Positions 10,595 to 20,568 of a stretch of 64,000 bases of DNA are shown here, piece by piece (the stretch's first letter is position 1; each line of letters starts with the position of its first letter). Under the pieces are notes generated by a model. The model was not told the origin of the DNA and did no database searches. It saw nothing but the letters and a program-made list of their open reading frames with translations. Where the stretch lies: contig JBAZIZ010000004.1 in NCBI GenBank assembly GCA_041651535.1, positions 24,341 through 88,340 on the forward strand, written 5' to 3'. This stretch comes from Patescibacteria group bacterium (lineage in GTDB: Bacteria; Patescibacteriota; Patescibacteriia; Magasanikbacterales; UBA922). The position numbers were made by a program, and so were the translations under genes.

Positions 10595-10623
10595 ATTTTA
10601 TCTCAATTTTAACTTTTTGTCAA
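10595..10623 (-). promoter_or_regulatory. sigma70 promoter for rplC, between rpsJ and rplC
   Basis: TTGACA-17-TAAAAT on the minus strand. Confidence 0.75.
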
Positions 10624-10662
10624 TAGTAAATAACAAACAAATATCCACAACGCTTTTTTGTT

Positions 10663-10995
10663 TTAAATCATTTTGATTTCAACATCAACACCGCTAGGTA
10701 AATTTAAATTCATGAGAGCGTCAATAGCTTTTGGATTTGTTTCTAAAATATCAATTAGTCTTTTATGAGTTCTCATTTCGTATTGTTCTTGAGCTGTTTT
10801 ATGAACAAAAGTAGCTCTATTTACGCTAAATTTATTTATTGATGTTGGTAATGGTACTGGACCTAAAACTTTTGCGTTATTTCTTTCAGCTGTATCAATG
10901 ATAGTTTTGGTAGCTTCATCAATAATTTTATGATCATACGCTTTAATTTTTATGCGCATTTTTGGACCTTGTTCTTGTTTTTTATTTTCTGACAT
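10663..10995 (-). CDS. rpsJ: 30S ribosomal protein S10
   Basis: RIKIKAYDH, GPVPLPT and RTHKRLIDI motifs. Confidence 0.98.
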   Translation of the reverse strand: MSENKKQEQGPKMRIKIKAYDHKIIDEATKTIIDTAERNNAKVLGPVPLPTSINKFSVNRATFVHKTAQEQYEMRTHKRLIDILETNPKAIDALMNLNLPSGVDVEIKMI

Positions 10996-11027
10996 ATTTT
11001 AAATAATGAACTATTAAAAGATTTTTT

Positions 11028-11058
11028 TAATCCCGCCCTAGCAAAAGGACGGGATTAA
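11028..11058. repeat. GC-rich hairpin between tuf and rpsJ (REP-like or mRNA-stabilising)
   Basis: TAATCCCG...CGGGATTA inverted repeat; no U-tract follows it on the coding (minus) strand. Confidence 0.5.
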
Positions 11059-11070
11059 ATTATCTTTTTA

Positions 11071-12261
11071 TTAATTAATAATTTTTGTTACAACACCTGC
11101 ACCTACAGTTCTACCACCTTCACGGATAGCAAAACGCATTTGTTCTTCCATAGCTACTGGAACAATCAATTTTATTTTCAATTTTGCAGTATCTCCTGGC
11201 ATAACCATTTCTACTCCTTCAGGTAAAAATACTTCTCCAGTTACATCAGTTGTACGAATATAAAATTGAGGTTTATAACCATTAAAGAAAGGTTTGTGTC
11301 TTCCACCTTCTTCTTTTGTCAAAGCTACAACTTCAGCTTCAAATTCTGTATGAGGATGAATTGTGTTTGGTTTAGCTAAAACTTGACCACGTTCTACATC
11401 TTCTTTTTTTGTACCACGAAGTAAAATTCCAGCATTATCTCCAGCTTGTCCTTGACTTAAACTTTTGTTAAACATTTCAATACCAGTAACTGTTGTTTTT
11501 GAGGTTTCAGTTTTCATACCTACGATTTCAACTTCATCACCAATTTTAACAACTCCTCTTTCAATACGACCAGTTACTACAGTACCACGGCCTTCAATTG
11601 AAAATACATCTTCAATAGGTAATAAGAAATCTTTGTCTAAATCTCTTTTTGGTTCAGGAATATATTCGTCTAAAGCTTTTAATAATTCCATAATAGGAGC
11701 ACTAGCAGCTTCATCTTCTGGATTTTCTAAAGCTTTTAAAGCTGAACCACGGATAACAGGAGTTATATCTCCAGGGAATTCATATTTTTTTAATAAATCT
11801 TTTACTTCTTCTTCAACAAGGTCAATCAATTCTGGATCAGATACTTGATCTACTTTGTTTAAGAAAACTACGATATAAGGTACTCCTACTTGACGAGCTA
11901 ACAAAATATGTTCTCTAGTTTGAGGCATTGGACCGTCTGCAGCAGAAACAACAAGAATAGCTCCGTCCATTTGAGCGGCACCAGTAATCATGTTTTTTAC
12001 ATAATCAGCATGTCCTGGACAATCAACGTGTGCATAGTGACGTTTTTCAGTCTCATATTCAACGTGTGCTGTCGCAATAGTAATACCACGTTCTCTTTCT
12101 TCAGGTGCAGCGTCAATTTCATTTATATCTTTTTTTTGAGCAACTAAACCTTTAGCTGCAGCAACTTTCAAAATTGCTGCTGTGAGAGTAGTTTTACCAT
12201 GGTCTACGTGACCAATTGTTCCCACATTTACATGTGGTTTTGATCTTTGAAATTCTGCCAT
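11071..12261 (-). CDS. tuf: Elongation factor Tu
   Basis: [21 protein letters not shown] and NKVD motifs. Confidence 0.99.
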   Translation of the reverse strand: MAEFQRSKPHVNVGTIGHVDHGKTTLTAAILKVAAAKGLVAQKKDINEIDAAPEERERGITIATAHVEYETEKRHYAHVDCPGHADYVKNMITGAAQMDGAILVVSAADGPMPQTREHILLARQVGVPYIVVFLNKVDQVSDPELIDLVEEEVKDLLKKYEFPGDITPVIRGSALKALENPEDEAASAPIMELLKALDEYIPEPKRDLDKDFLLPIEDVFSIEGRGTVVTGRIERGVVKIGDEVEIVGMKTETSKTTVTGIEMFNKSLSQGQAGDNAGILLRGTKKEDVERGQVLAKPNTIHPHTEFEAEVVALTKEEGGRHKPFFNGYKPQFYIRTTDVTGEVFLPEGVEMVMPGDTAKLKIKLIVPVAMEEQMRFAIREGGRTVGAGVVTKIIN

Positions 12262-12403
12262 ATTATTATATGGTAGTTATGTTATACCGCACTATCCTGA
12301 ATGGTCAGATATAGTTTTTTATCCAACGGTGAATCTAAATTATTTTAAAAATTTTTTGTATAAAAAAATTTACAAAAAAATCACTTTTAAAATGACGAGA
12401 TAA

Positions 12404-12432
12404 ATTATATTAAATTTTTAAAAATAAGTCAA
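12404..12432 (-). promoter_or_regulatory. sigma70 promoter for tuf-rpsJ
   Basis: TTGACT-17-TATAAT. Confidence 0.8.
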
Positions 12433-12460
12433 GAGGCAAAACAATTGTTTTCCCCAAATT

Positions 12461-12484
12461 AAAAACAGGTTAGCCCCTGTTTTT
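12461..12484 (-). terminator. Intrinsic terminator of the 12489-13079 gene
   Basis: AAAAACAGG...CCTGTTTTT hairpin with flanking A/T tracts. Confidence 0.55.
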
Positions 12485-12488
12485 AATT

Positions 12489-13079
12489 TTATATTGGTTC
12501 TTCAAAAAAAATTGGTTCTTCATCGTCATTTTCATCTTCTTTTTTATCTTCAAAACTGCCAATAGTATCTTTTTCATCTTCTCGTTCAACAAAAGGTATA
12601 TTCCGTTTTTCACTATAATCTGTTTCATCTATCATTTTATCAATTTCAAATTCATTTTTATTTTGTTTTATTTCAAGCAGTTCATCAAGTTTTATTTCAC
12701 TACCATCTTTTTTTATGTTATTTTGTTTTTTTTCATTTAAAATTTCTGAGATACTATGCCATTCTTTTTTGAGAAATTCATTTTCAATATCAACAGCTTC
12801 TTCTTTTTGTTTTAATTCATCTTGTTTTGCTTTCCAAATAGCTATATCTTTATTTATTTTTTCGATCAATTGTTTTTCAGAAAGATTATTTTTTTTAATT
12901 AAATCAGAAACCCCACCATAATCTTTTAATTGTTCATCTATCTCTTCTTGAAATTCTACAATTTCTTCGTATTCTTTCCAATCAAGCAAAAGCATGTGTC
13001 TGCCTCCACATTTATCATAGATGAAAATTTTTCCATTTGTTTTTTGGGCTAATTTTAACAATCTATCAAAATCAGACAT
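12489..13079 (-). CDS. Hypothetical acidic protein (Phd/YefM-like N-terminal motif, C-terminal FFEEPI)
   Basis: 196-aa ORF with its own promoter TTGACT-17-TAAAAT (13114-13142) and a terminator. Confidence 0.8.
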   Translation of the reverse strand: MSDFDRLLKLAQKTNGKIFIYDKCGGRHMLLLDWKEYEEIVEFQEEIDEQLKDYGGVSDLIKKNNLSEKQLIEKINKDIAIWKAKQDELKQKEEAVDIENEFLKKEWHSISEILNEKKQNNIKKDGSEIKLDELLEIKQNKNEFEIDKMIDETDYSEKRNIPFVEREDEKDTIGSFEDKKEDENDDEEPIFFEEPI

Positions 13080-13156
13080 ATTTTTTTAAAAAAATTAAAA
13101 ATAAATTAAATACATTTTAACTTTTTTTTTATTTTAAGTCAAGAAAAAAAATAATA

Positions 13157-13184
13157 AAAAAAACTCCATTTTACAGGAGATTTT
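13157..13184 (-). terminator. Terminator downstream of the 16S rRNA gene
   Basis: CTCC-loop-GGAG hairpin followed by a U-tract on the minus strand. Confidence 0.6.
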
Positions 13185-13188
13185 AATT

Positions 13189-13232
13189 CTTTACAACATG
13201 AACGTGACAAAAACACAATAAGAAATCGTTTA
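13189..13232 (-). other. 3' arm of the pre-16S processing stem
   Basis: Reverse-complementary to 14883-14924; several of the differences are G-U wobbles on the minus-strand RNA. Confidence 0.85.
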
Positions 13233-13300
13233 ACTAAGCCTCATCCTGAATCATATTCAGAACAAGTCGACATTATTTTATCTTCCGATAAAATAACTCC

Positions 13301-14799
13301 AGAAAGGAGGTGATCCATCCACAGCTTCCGCTACGGATGCCTTGTTACGACTTCACCCTGATCACTGACCCTACCTTCGTCCCTCTAATGAGAGCCTTCG
13401 GGTATTGCCAACTTTCGTGGTGTGACGGGCGGTGAGTACAAGACCCGAGAACGTATTCAACGTGCCGTGTCTGATGCACGTTTACTAGCGATTCCAACTT
13501 CATGCAGACAAATTGCAGCCTGCAATCCGAACTGAGATCGGTTTTTTGGGATTAGCTCCACCTCGCGGTTTGGCAACCCTTTGTACCGACCATTGTATCA
13601 TGTGTGTAGCCCAAGACGTAAGAGCCATGCTGATTTGACGTCGTCCTCATCTTCCTCCTCCTTGCGGAGGCAGTCTCTTGTGTACATTTAACACAAGACG
13701 AGGGTTGCGCTCGTTACCCCACTTAAGGGTACACCTCACGGCACGAGCTGACGGCAACCATGCAGCACCTGTGTAGCGCCCTCGAAGGCGGCCCGATTTT
13801 CATCGGGCTTGCAGCTACATGTCAAGCCTTGGTAAGGTTCGCCGCGTATCATCGAATTAAACCACATGATCCACCGCTTGTGCGGGTCCCCGTCTATTCC
13901 TTTGAGTTTTAACCTTGCGGCCGTACTCCCCAGGCGGCGTACTTAACGCGTTAGCTTTTTAAAACGGCACTGGAAGGGTCGATACTTCCAATACCTAGTA
14001 CGCATTGTTTAGGGCGTGGACTACTGGGGTATCTAATCCCATTCGCTACCCACGCTTTGGTCCATGAGTGTCAGAGATGTCCTAGCACACTGCCTTCGCC
14101 TTTGGTGTTCCGGTTGATATCAACGCATTTTACTACTACACCAACCGTTCCGTGTGCCTCTTCCATCCTCTAGTCTAATAGTATCAACAGCAGTTTCCAA
14201 GTTAAGCCTGAAAATTTGACCATTGACTTATTAAACAACCTGCGGACGCTTTACGCCCAATGAATCCGGATAACGTTTGAGGTCTCTGTATTACCGCTGC
14301 TGCTGGCACAGAGTTAGCAACCTCTTATTCCTTAGGTACCGTCACAAATTCTTCCCTAAGAAAAGCAGTTTACGCCCCGAGGGGCTTCTTCCTGCACGCG
14401 GTGTCGCTCCATCACCCTTTCGGGCATTGTGGAATATTCTTGACTGCAGCCTCCCGTAGGAGTCTGGGCCGTATCTCAGTCCCAGTGAGCCGGGTCACGC
14501 TCTCACGCCCGGTACTGATCATTGCCTTGGTAAGCCATTACCTTACCAACTAGCTAATCAGACATAGGCCCCTCTCTAAGCACCGAAGTTTTACATAAGT
14601 AGATTTTCATCCCTTATGACTATCAGGTTTTAATTCATCTTTCGATGAGCTATTCCTGTCTTAGAGGTAGGTTACCAATGTGTTACTCTCCCGTTTGCCG
14701 CTCGTACCCTTTTAGCAAGCTAAAAGTACGTCGCTCGACTTGCATGCCTTAGACACACCGCCAACGTTCATCCTGAGCCAGGATCAAACTCTCAATTAA
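13301..14799 (-). rRNA. rrs: 16S rRNA, standalone, no intron
   Basis: AGAGTTTGATCCTGGCTCAG near the 5' end, universal internal motifs, 3' GATCACCTCCTTTCT; about 1.5 kb. Confidence 0.99.
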
Positions 14800-14882
14800 A
14801 TTGAGATTTTTTCTTGAAATTAATCAAGAATTGATCATCTTATTTCCTAAAGAAATAAGTTAAAAATTTTTGTTATTTAGAA

Positions 14883-14927
14883 TAAACGATTCAATTTGGT
14901 TTTTGTCACATTTATATTGTAAAGTGC
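14883..14927 (-). promoter_or_regulatory. rRNA leader: boxA-like GCACTTTACAA and 5' arm of the processing stem
   Basis: boxA-like motif at 14917-14927; the arm pairs with 13189-13232. Confidence 0.75.
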
Positions 14928-15088
14928 CGGTTTTCTTTTTATAAAAAAAGAGAAACCTGTTTCACACTTTAATTCAATGAAAATTAAAAGGTGAATTAGT
15001 TACTCTTTCCTTTTACTTAGTTTCCTTTTTAAAGGACTTTAGAAAAGTTTAAATTGTAATAAATTTATAATACTTTAACGTGAGCTTT

Positions 15089-15117
15089 ATGATATATAAA
15101 ATTGTTTTTTTTGTCAA
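15089..15117 (-). promoter_or_regulatory. 16S rRNA promoter
   Basis: TTGACA-17-TATCAT. Confidence 0.75.
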
Positions 15118-15125
15118 GTGATTTT

Positions 15126-15146
15126 TTATACACAACTTGGGGATAA
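15126..15146. promoter_or_regulatory. Inverted pair of DnaA-box-like motifs upstream of the rRNA promoter
   Basis: TTATACACA-act-TGGGGATAA. Confidence 0.6.
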
Positions 15147-15215
15147 CTCTGGCAATTCAAAATTAAAAATTCAAAAGTCAAAAAATGATGAATAAAAATG
15201 GTCTTTTTTAACTTA

Positions 15216-15944
15216 TTATTTTCTAGAAAATACTAGTACAGCTGAATTAAATTCATTATTTTTAATATATTTTTTTTCTATTAAACTAAAATCATTTTTC
15301 AAAAATAAATCAATATAAAATTGTTCAGATCTCCGATAACCGGCTATGTTTCCAACATTTTTTATTTTAGTTGTATGAAGAAATTGTTTATATTTTTTAC
15401 CTTTAAAAACAAAGTCTTCTTGATTGATAAAATTATATTTTTTGTCATTCACTATTTCATTATTTTTTAGATCTAAATCTTTACTAATAACTAATATAAA
15501 TTTACCTTTCTTTTCTAACATTATCTTTATTTTTTTAATAATTTTTGAAAAATCTTTTACAACAAAATGAGGAAAAACATAAATTGCTGCTATGTAATTA
15601 AATTTATTTTTAAAACTAGTTTCCAAAAAAGATTTGTTAGAAATTTTTAATTTTATATTTTTAAATTTTGTTATTTTATTTTTAACAAATTTATAATTTT
15701 TTATTGCTGGTTCACATCCAGCTATAATATTTTTTTTAGAAAAATTATTTATTTTATTTTCTATTTTTTCAAAAAAATTTCCTGTTCCAAAACCTATATC
15801 AAAAATCTTTATATTTTCAATTTTATCCTTCAAAAAAATATTATCAATAATAAAATCCATGACTGAATAATTTATTTTATTATTTTTCTGTTTAATCCAA
15901 TTTAATTTATTATATTGTTCGTAAAAAAAATTACCATCTTTCAT
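15216..15944 (-). CDS. Class I SAM-dependent methyltransferase, substrate unknown
   Basis: Motif I IFDIGFGTG, post-I GCEP, LEKKGKFIL. Confidence 0.8.
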   Translation of the reverse strand: MKDGNFFYEQYNKLNWIKQKNNKINYSVMDFIIDNIFLKDKIENIKIFDIGFGTGNFFEKIENKINNFSKKNIIAGCEPAIKNYKFVKNKITKFKNIKLKISNKSFLETSFKNKFNYIAAIYVFPHFVVKDFSKIIKKIKIMLEKKGKFILVISKDLDLKNNEIVNDKKYNFINQEDFVFKGKKYKQFLHTTKIKNVGNIAGYRRSEQFYIDLFLKNDFSLIEKKYIKNNEFNSAVLVFSRK

Positions 15945-15947
15945 AAT

Positions 15948-16646
15948 TTATTTTTCATTATTTTCTCGCCATTCCTTTATCTTTTTATGATCTCCACTAA
16001 GTAAAACTTCTGGAACTTTTAACCCCAAAAAATTTTCTGGTTTTGTATATTGAGGATATTCTTTTTTTCCAATTTCATTATGACTTTCTTCCAACAAAGA
16101 TTCTTCATTCCCGAGCACTCCATTTATAAGTCTTGAAGTTGCTTCAATTATGATTAATGCCCCGAGTTCACCTCCAGCCAAAACAAAATCACCAACAGAA
16201 ATTTCTTCGTCAATCATATTATCAACTACTCTTTGATCTACACCTTCATAACGTCCACAAATCATTGTTAATTCATCAAGCCCAGAAAATTTTTCTGCCA
16301 TTTTTTGATCAAATTTTTTTCCCCGAGGAGATAATAAAATTGTTTTTTTCTTTTTCTTAATATCACCGTTAAAAATCTTTTTTATTTTATTTAATCCATT
16401 TGTTTTAGCAAAAGGAATTGCTCCAATTGATTTTAATGCCTCATAAATAGGTTCTGGTTTCATAAGCATTCCAGCTCCTCCACCGTAAATAGTATCATCA
16501 ACTTTATTATGTTTATTATTTGAAAAATCTCGAATATCAATCGTTTGTATTTTTATAAAATTATTTTTTTGAGCACGGCCAAGAATAGATTCGTCTGAAT
16601 AATTTTTTATTATATTTGGAAAAATTGTTAAAATATTAAAATTCAT
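15948..16646 (-). CDS. trmD: tRNA (guanine-N1)-methyltransferase TrmD
   Basis: DDTIYGGGAGM, CGRYEGVDQR, SVGDFVLAGGE motifs; ATG at 16646 chosen as start; promoter TTGACT-17-TATACT at 16672-16700. Confidence 0.96.
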   Translation of the reverse strand: MNFNILTIFPNIIKNYSDESILGRAQKNNFIKIQTIDIRDFSNNKHNKVDDTIYGGGAGMLMKPEPIYEALKSIGAIPFAKTNGLNKIKKIFNGDIKKKKKTILLSPRGKKFDQKMAEKFSGLDELTMICGRYEGVDQRVVDNMIDEEISVGDFVLAGGELGALIIIEATSRLINGVLGNEESLLEESHNEIGKKEYPQYTKPENFLGLKVPEVLLSGDHKKIKEWRENNEK

Positions 16647-16714
16647 ATATTTCATTTTTAAAATCAAAATGAGTATATAAAATTAAAAATAAAAAGTCAA
16701 AATATTATCTAAAC

Positions 16715-16750
16715 AAAAACAGACCTTTTTTATAAGATCTGTTTTTTTTT
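16715..16750 (-). terminator. Terminator after fusA
   Basis: AAAAACAGA...TCTGTTTTT inverted repeat. Confidence 0.55.
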
Positions 16751-16758
16751 AAAAATGA

Positions 16759-18837
16759 TTATTTTTTTCTACCTTCCGCAATAGCTGCTTCTACATTTTT
16801 TGGACATTCAGAATATTTTTCAAATTCCATAGAATATGTAGCGCGACCTTGAGTCATAGAACGTAAAGATGTTGCATAACCAAACATACTAGCAAGTGGG
16901 ACTAAAGCTTTTACAACTTTTGAAGTTCCTCTATCAGTCATTTCTTCGATTTGTCCTCTTTTTGAAGATAAATCTCCAATAACATCACCCATATAATTTT
17001 CAGGTGTAACAACTTCAACTTTCATAATTGGTTCAAGTAAAACTGGATTAGCTTTTCTAACTGCTGCTTGGAAACCCATGCTAGCTGCTAATTTGAAAGC
17101 AATTTCTGATGAATCAACTTCATGGTAACTTCCATCAAAACAAGAAACTTTGATATCAAGTAAAGGATAGCCAGCGACAACACCTTTGTCCATAGCTTCT
17201 CTGACACCTTTTTGAATTGCTGGAATATATTCTCTAGGAACTACACCGCCTTTGATCTCATCGACAAATTCAAAACCAGTGCCTTGTTCTTTTGGTTCAA
17301 CTTTAAGCCAACAATGACCATATTGTCCACGACCACCAGATTGTTTAACATATTTTCCTTCAGCTTCAGCACTTTGTCTGATAGTTTCTTTGTATGCTAC
17401 TTGAGGAGCTCCAACTTGAGCAACTACACCAAATTCTCTTTTCATACGATCAACAATGATATCTAAATGTAATTCTCCCATTCCAGAAATAATTGTTTGA
17501 AGAGTTTCTTCATCTGTGTGTACTCTAAAGGTTGGGTCTTCTTCAGCTAATTTTTGTAATGCTAAACTCATTTTTTCAGCATCAGCTTTTGAGGCAGGTT
17601 CAATAGCAATATGAATAACTGGTTCAGGGAAAACCATTTTTTCTAAAACAACTGGTCTATTTTCCGCACAAATTGTATCTCCAGTTGTAGTTTCCTTCAA
17701 ACCAATAGCAGCTGCAATTTCTCCAGCATATACTTCATCTACTTCTTCACGATTATTAGCGTGCATTCTCACAATACGACCGATTCTTTCTTTTTTTCCG
17801 TTACTAGCATTCAAAACATAACTACCTGATTTTAAAATTCCAGAGTAAACTCTGAAAAAAGCTAATTTTCCAACAAAAGGATCAGTAGCAATTTTAAATG
17901 CTAAAGCTGTAAATGGTTCATTATCCGCAGCTTTAACTGTTATTCTTTTTTCTTCATCATCAGGATCATGAGCTTCAATATTTGGAATGTCTAATGGTGA
18001 TGGTAAATATTCAACAACTTTATCAAGCATTAATTGAACTCCAATATTTTGCAAAGCTGTTCCACATAAAACAGGATACATTTCATCTTTAACAACCAAC
18101 GTTCTGATACCTTTATTTATTTCTTCAATAGAAAATTCTTCACCACTTAAATATTTATTCATCAATTCATCACTAGCTTCAGCAATTTTTTCAACTAAAG
18201 AAGCACGGTATTCTTCAACTTTACTTTTCATATCTTCTGGAACAGGAATTTCAATAATATTTATTCCATGATCTCCTTCAAATTTGTAAGCTTTTCTATC
18301 AATAATATCAATTATTCCAGAAAATTCTGATTCTGAACCAATTGGTAATTGAATTGCAAAAGCGTTTGGAGATAAACGATCTTTAATTGAGTTCAAACTC
18401 ATAAAAAAGTCAGCTCCAGTTTTGTCCATTTTGTTTACAAAACAAAGACGAGGAACATTGTATTTATCAGCTTGTTTCCAAACTGTTTCAGATTGTGGTT
18501 CTACACCTTGTGATCCATCGAATACAGCACAAGCACCATCTAAAACACGGAGTGATCTTTCTACTTCAACAGTAAAATCAACGTGTCCTGGTGTATCAAT
18601 AATATTGATTCTGTGATTTTTCCAAAAACAAGTTGTAGCAGCAGAAGTTATAGTAATACCACGTTCTTTTTCTTGAGCCATCCAATCCATATCAGCTGCA
18701 CCATCATGAGTTTCACCGATTTTATGTTTTTTTCCAGTATAAAATAAGACACGTTCAGTTACTGTCGTTTTACCAGCATCAATGTGAGCCATGATACCTA
18801 TGTTTCTTATTTTCTCTAAAGGATAATCTCTACCCAT
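16759..18837 (-). CDS. fusA: Elongation factor G
   Basis: [17 protein letters not shown] and GMGELHL motifs. Confidence 0.99.
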   Translation of the reverse strand: MGRDYPLEKIRNIGIMAHIDAGKTTVTERVLFYTGKKHKIGETHDGAADMDWMAQEKERGITITSAATTCFWKNHRINIIDTPGHVDFTVEVERSLRVLDGACAVFDGSQGVEPQSETVWKQADKYNVPRLCFVNKMDKTGADFFMSLNSIKDRLSPNAFAIQLPIGSESEFSGIIDIIDRKAYKFEGDHGINIIEIPVPEDMKSKVEEYRASLVEKIAEASDELMNKYLSGEEFSIEEINKGIRTLVVKDEMYPVLCGTALQNIGVQLMLDKVVEYLPSPLDIPNIEAHDPDDEEKRITVKAADNEPFTALAFKIATDPFVGKLAFFRVYSGILKSGSYVLNASNGKKERIGRIVRMHANNREEVDEVYAGEIAAAIGLKETTTGDTICAENRPVVLEKMVFPEPVIHIAIEPASKADAEKMSLALQKLAEEDPTFRVHTDEETLQTIISGMGELHLDIIVDRMKREFGVVAQVGAPQVAYKETIRQSAEAEGKYVKQSGGRGQYGHCWLKVEPKEQGTGFEFVDEIKGGVVPREYIPAIQKGVREAMDKGVVAGYPLLDIKVSCFDGSYHEVDSSEIAFKLAASMGFQAAVRKANPVLLEPIMKVEVVTPENYMGDVIGDLSSKRGQIEEMTDRGTSKVVKALVPLASMFGYATSLRSMTQGRATYSMEFEKYSECPKNVEAAIAEGRKK

Positions 18838-18862
18838 ATTTTTATTTAATTTATTAAATTAA

Positions 18863-19342
18863 TTATTTGCTGAAACGAGCAAAATGGGCAAAAGCTTTAT
18901 TAGCTTCAGCCATACGATGAACATCTTCTTTTTTCTTAAATGCTCCACCTGTTCCTTCTAAAGCATCAAGTAATTCAGCAGCTAATTTTTCTTTCATATC
19001 TTTTCCTTTTCTAGCTTTTGCAGCTAAAGTAACCCAACGAAAAGCTAAAGCATTTTGACGACTATTTGAAACTGGCATTGGAACTTGATAATTTGCTCCA
19101 CCAACACGACGAGATCTTACTTCTACTTGTGGTTTAATTACTTCTAAAGCATCTTCAAAAACTTTTAAAGCATTGGCTTTTTTCTTATCTGCTAAAACTT
19201 CCAAAGCACCATATACTATTTTTTGAGCAATGGATTTTTTTCCGTCTTCCATTATGAAATTTATAAATTTAGCCAACAATTCACTGTTGTAAATCGAATC
19301 CGGCGCAATAATGCGTTTTGGAGCTCTTTTTCCTCTTGGCAT
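18863..19342 (-). CDS. rpsG: 30S ribosomal protein S7
   Basis: RRVGGANYQVP and HRMAEANKAFAH motifs. Confidence 0.98.
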   Translation of the reverse strand: MPRGKRAPKRIIAPDSIYNSELLAKFINFIMEDGKKSIAQKIVYGALEVLADKKKANALKVFEDALEVIKPQVEVRSRRVGGANYQVPMPVSNSRQNALAFRWVTLAAKARKGKDMKEKLAAELLDALEGTGGAFKKKEDVHRMAEANKAFAHFARFSK

Positions 19343-19370
19343 ATTTGTATTTTATTATTAAATTAATAAA

Positions 19371-19790
19371 TTATTTTTTTGGTCTCTTTGTTCCGTAAAC
19401 AGAACGACTTCTTTTTCGACCTTCTATACCTTGGGTATCATAAACACCACGTACAATATGATAACGAACACCTGGTAAATCTTTTACACGACCACCACGA
19501 ATAAGAACGATTGAATGTTCTTGTAAATTATGACCTTCACCTGGAATGTAAGCGATAACTTCTGTTCCATTTGAAAGACGAACTTTGGCAACTTTACGTA
19601 AAGCTGAGTTCGGTTTTTTTGGAGTAGCTGTATAAACTTTTGTACAAACTCCTCTTTTGAAAGGACAACCCCTTCTTAAATAAGTTTTCTCACGATGTAA
19701 ACTATCGTAAGTAAATTGCATAGCAGGAGAAGCAGATTTTGTTTTTTTGCTGATTCTTCCTTTACGCAATATTTGATTCATTGTAGGCAT
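19371..19790 (-). CDS. rpsL: 30S ribosomal protein S12
   Basis: [11 protein letters not shown] and [12 protein letters not shown] motifs. Confidence 0.99.
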   Translation of the reverse strand: MPTMNQILRKGRISKKTKSASPAMQFTYDSLHREKTYLRRGCPFKRGVCTKVYTATPKKPNSALRKVAKVRLSNGTEVIAYIPGEGHNLQEHSIVLIRGGRVKDLPGVRYHIVRGVYDTQGIEGRKRSRSVYGTKRPKK

Positions 19791-19982
19791 AGTTTTATGC
19801 TTAAAATTATGAATATTAAATAAATTAAAAATACCCTATAAGGGTACGCTCGGAAATTTTTTCTATTATGGCAAGAAAATTATTCCTAGCGTTAAATTTT
19901 ATCTTTATAAAAAATAAAATTTTTCTTCACCTTAATTTGATAAATTAAGATTACTCCGCTTTATGTTTTTAAAAGCTTTTCT

Positions 19983-20011
19983 AATATACATTAAACAACA
20001 AAAAATGTCAA
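19983..20011 (-). promoter_or_regulatory. rpsL operon promoter
   Basis: TTGACA-17-TATATT. Confidence 0.75.
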
Positions 20012-20059
20012 GGGATTAAAAAGTAAGTAAAAGTAAAAAAACTTAAATAAAAAAAGGGC

Positions 20060-20434
20060 TCATTTCTGAACCCCGATATAACCTTTTTCTTCTAGCCAGC
20101 GAACTGGCCAGTAAAAATCCATTGCAACGATATCAAAAGTGTTGCAATAGATATCTGTCCAACCAGTCAAACTGGCTGAAACAGAGAAAATTTGTACTCC
20201 TTTTTCTCTGTTATTTTTTATTGTTTTTTCTGTTTCTTCAAAAAGATTTTTAAAATAGTCTCCACATTGGATTTTTCCCGAAATTCTCTCACAATTTCGA
20301 GTCCAATCTTTTCCAACAAAATCCTCTGCAAGGACTTTATTTTTTTCATAAACAAGAGAAGATCCATTCCAAAAACCAATTGACACATAAAAGTAAACAA
20401 GAACGAAAAAAAATACAGCAAGAAACTTTCTCAT
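20060..20434 (-). CDS. Orphan protein with N-terminal signal or TM segment (SD-led class)
   Basis: ATG at 20434 preceded by GGAGAG; MRKFLAVFFFVLVYFY; promoter TTGACA-17-TATAGT at 20492-20520; terminator at 20049-20073. Confidence 0.75.
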   Translation of the reverse strand: MRKFLAVFFFVLVYFYVSIGFWNGSSLVYEKNKVLAEDFVGKDWTRNCERISGKIQCGDYFKNLFEETEKTIKNNREKGVQIFSVSASLTGWTDIYCNTFDIVAMDFYWPVRWLEEKGYIGVQK

Positions 20435-20568
20435 TTCACTCTCCAATAAAAAATTATAAAAAAACAATTTATTTCAAAAGAACAACGCAAAACTATACAA
20501 CAAAATTCTTATTTTGTCAATAGTATTTACTCTTTTTTAGCTAAATTAAGCTATTTTTTATAAAAAAA

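Noticed and set aside
14277-14459. ORF within the 16S, considered as a possible intron-encoded protein
   Set aside because: The 16S is normal length and colinear with standard 16S, so there is no intron.
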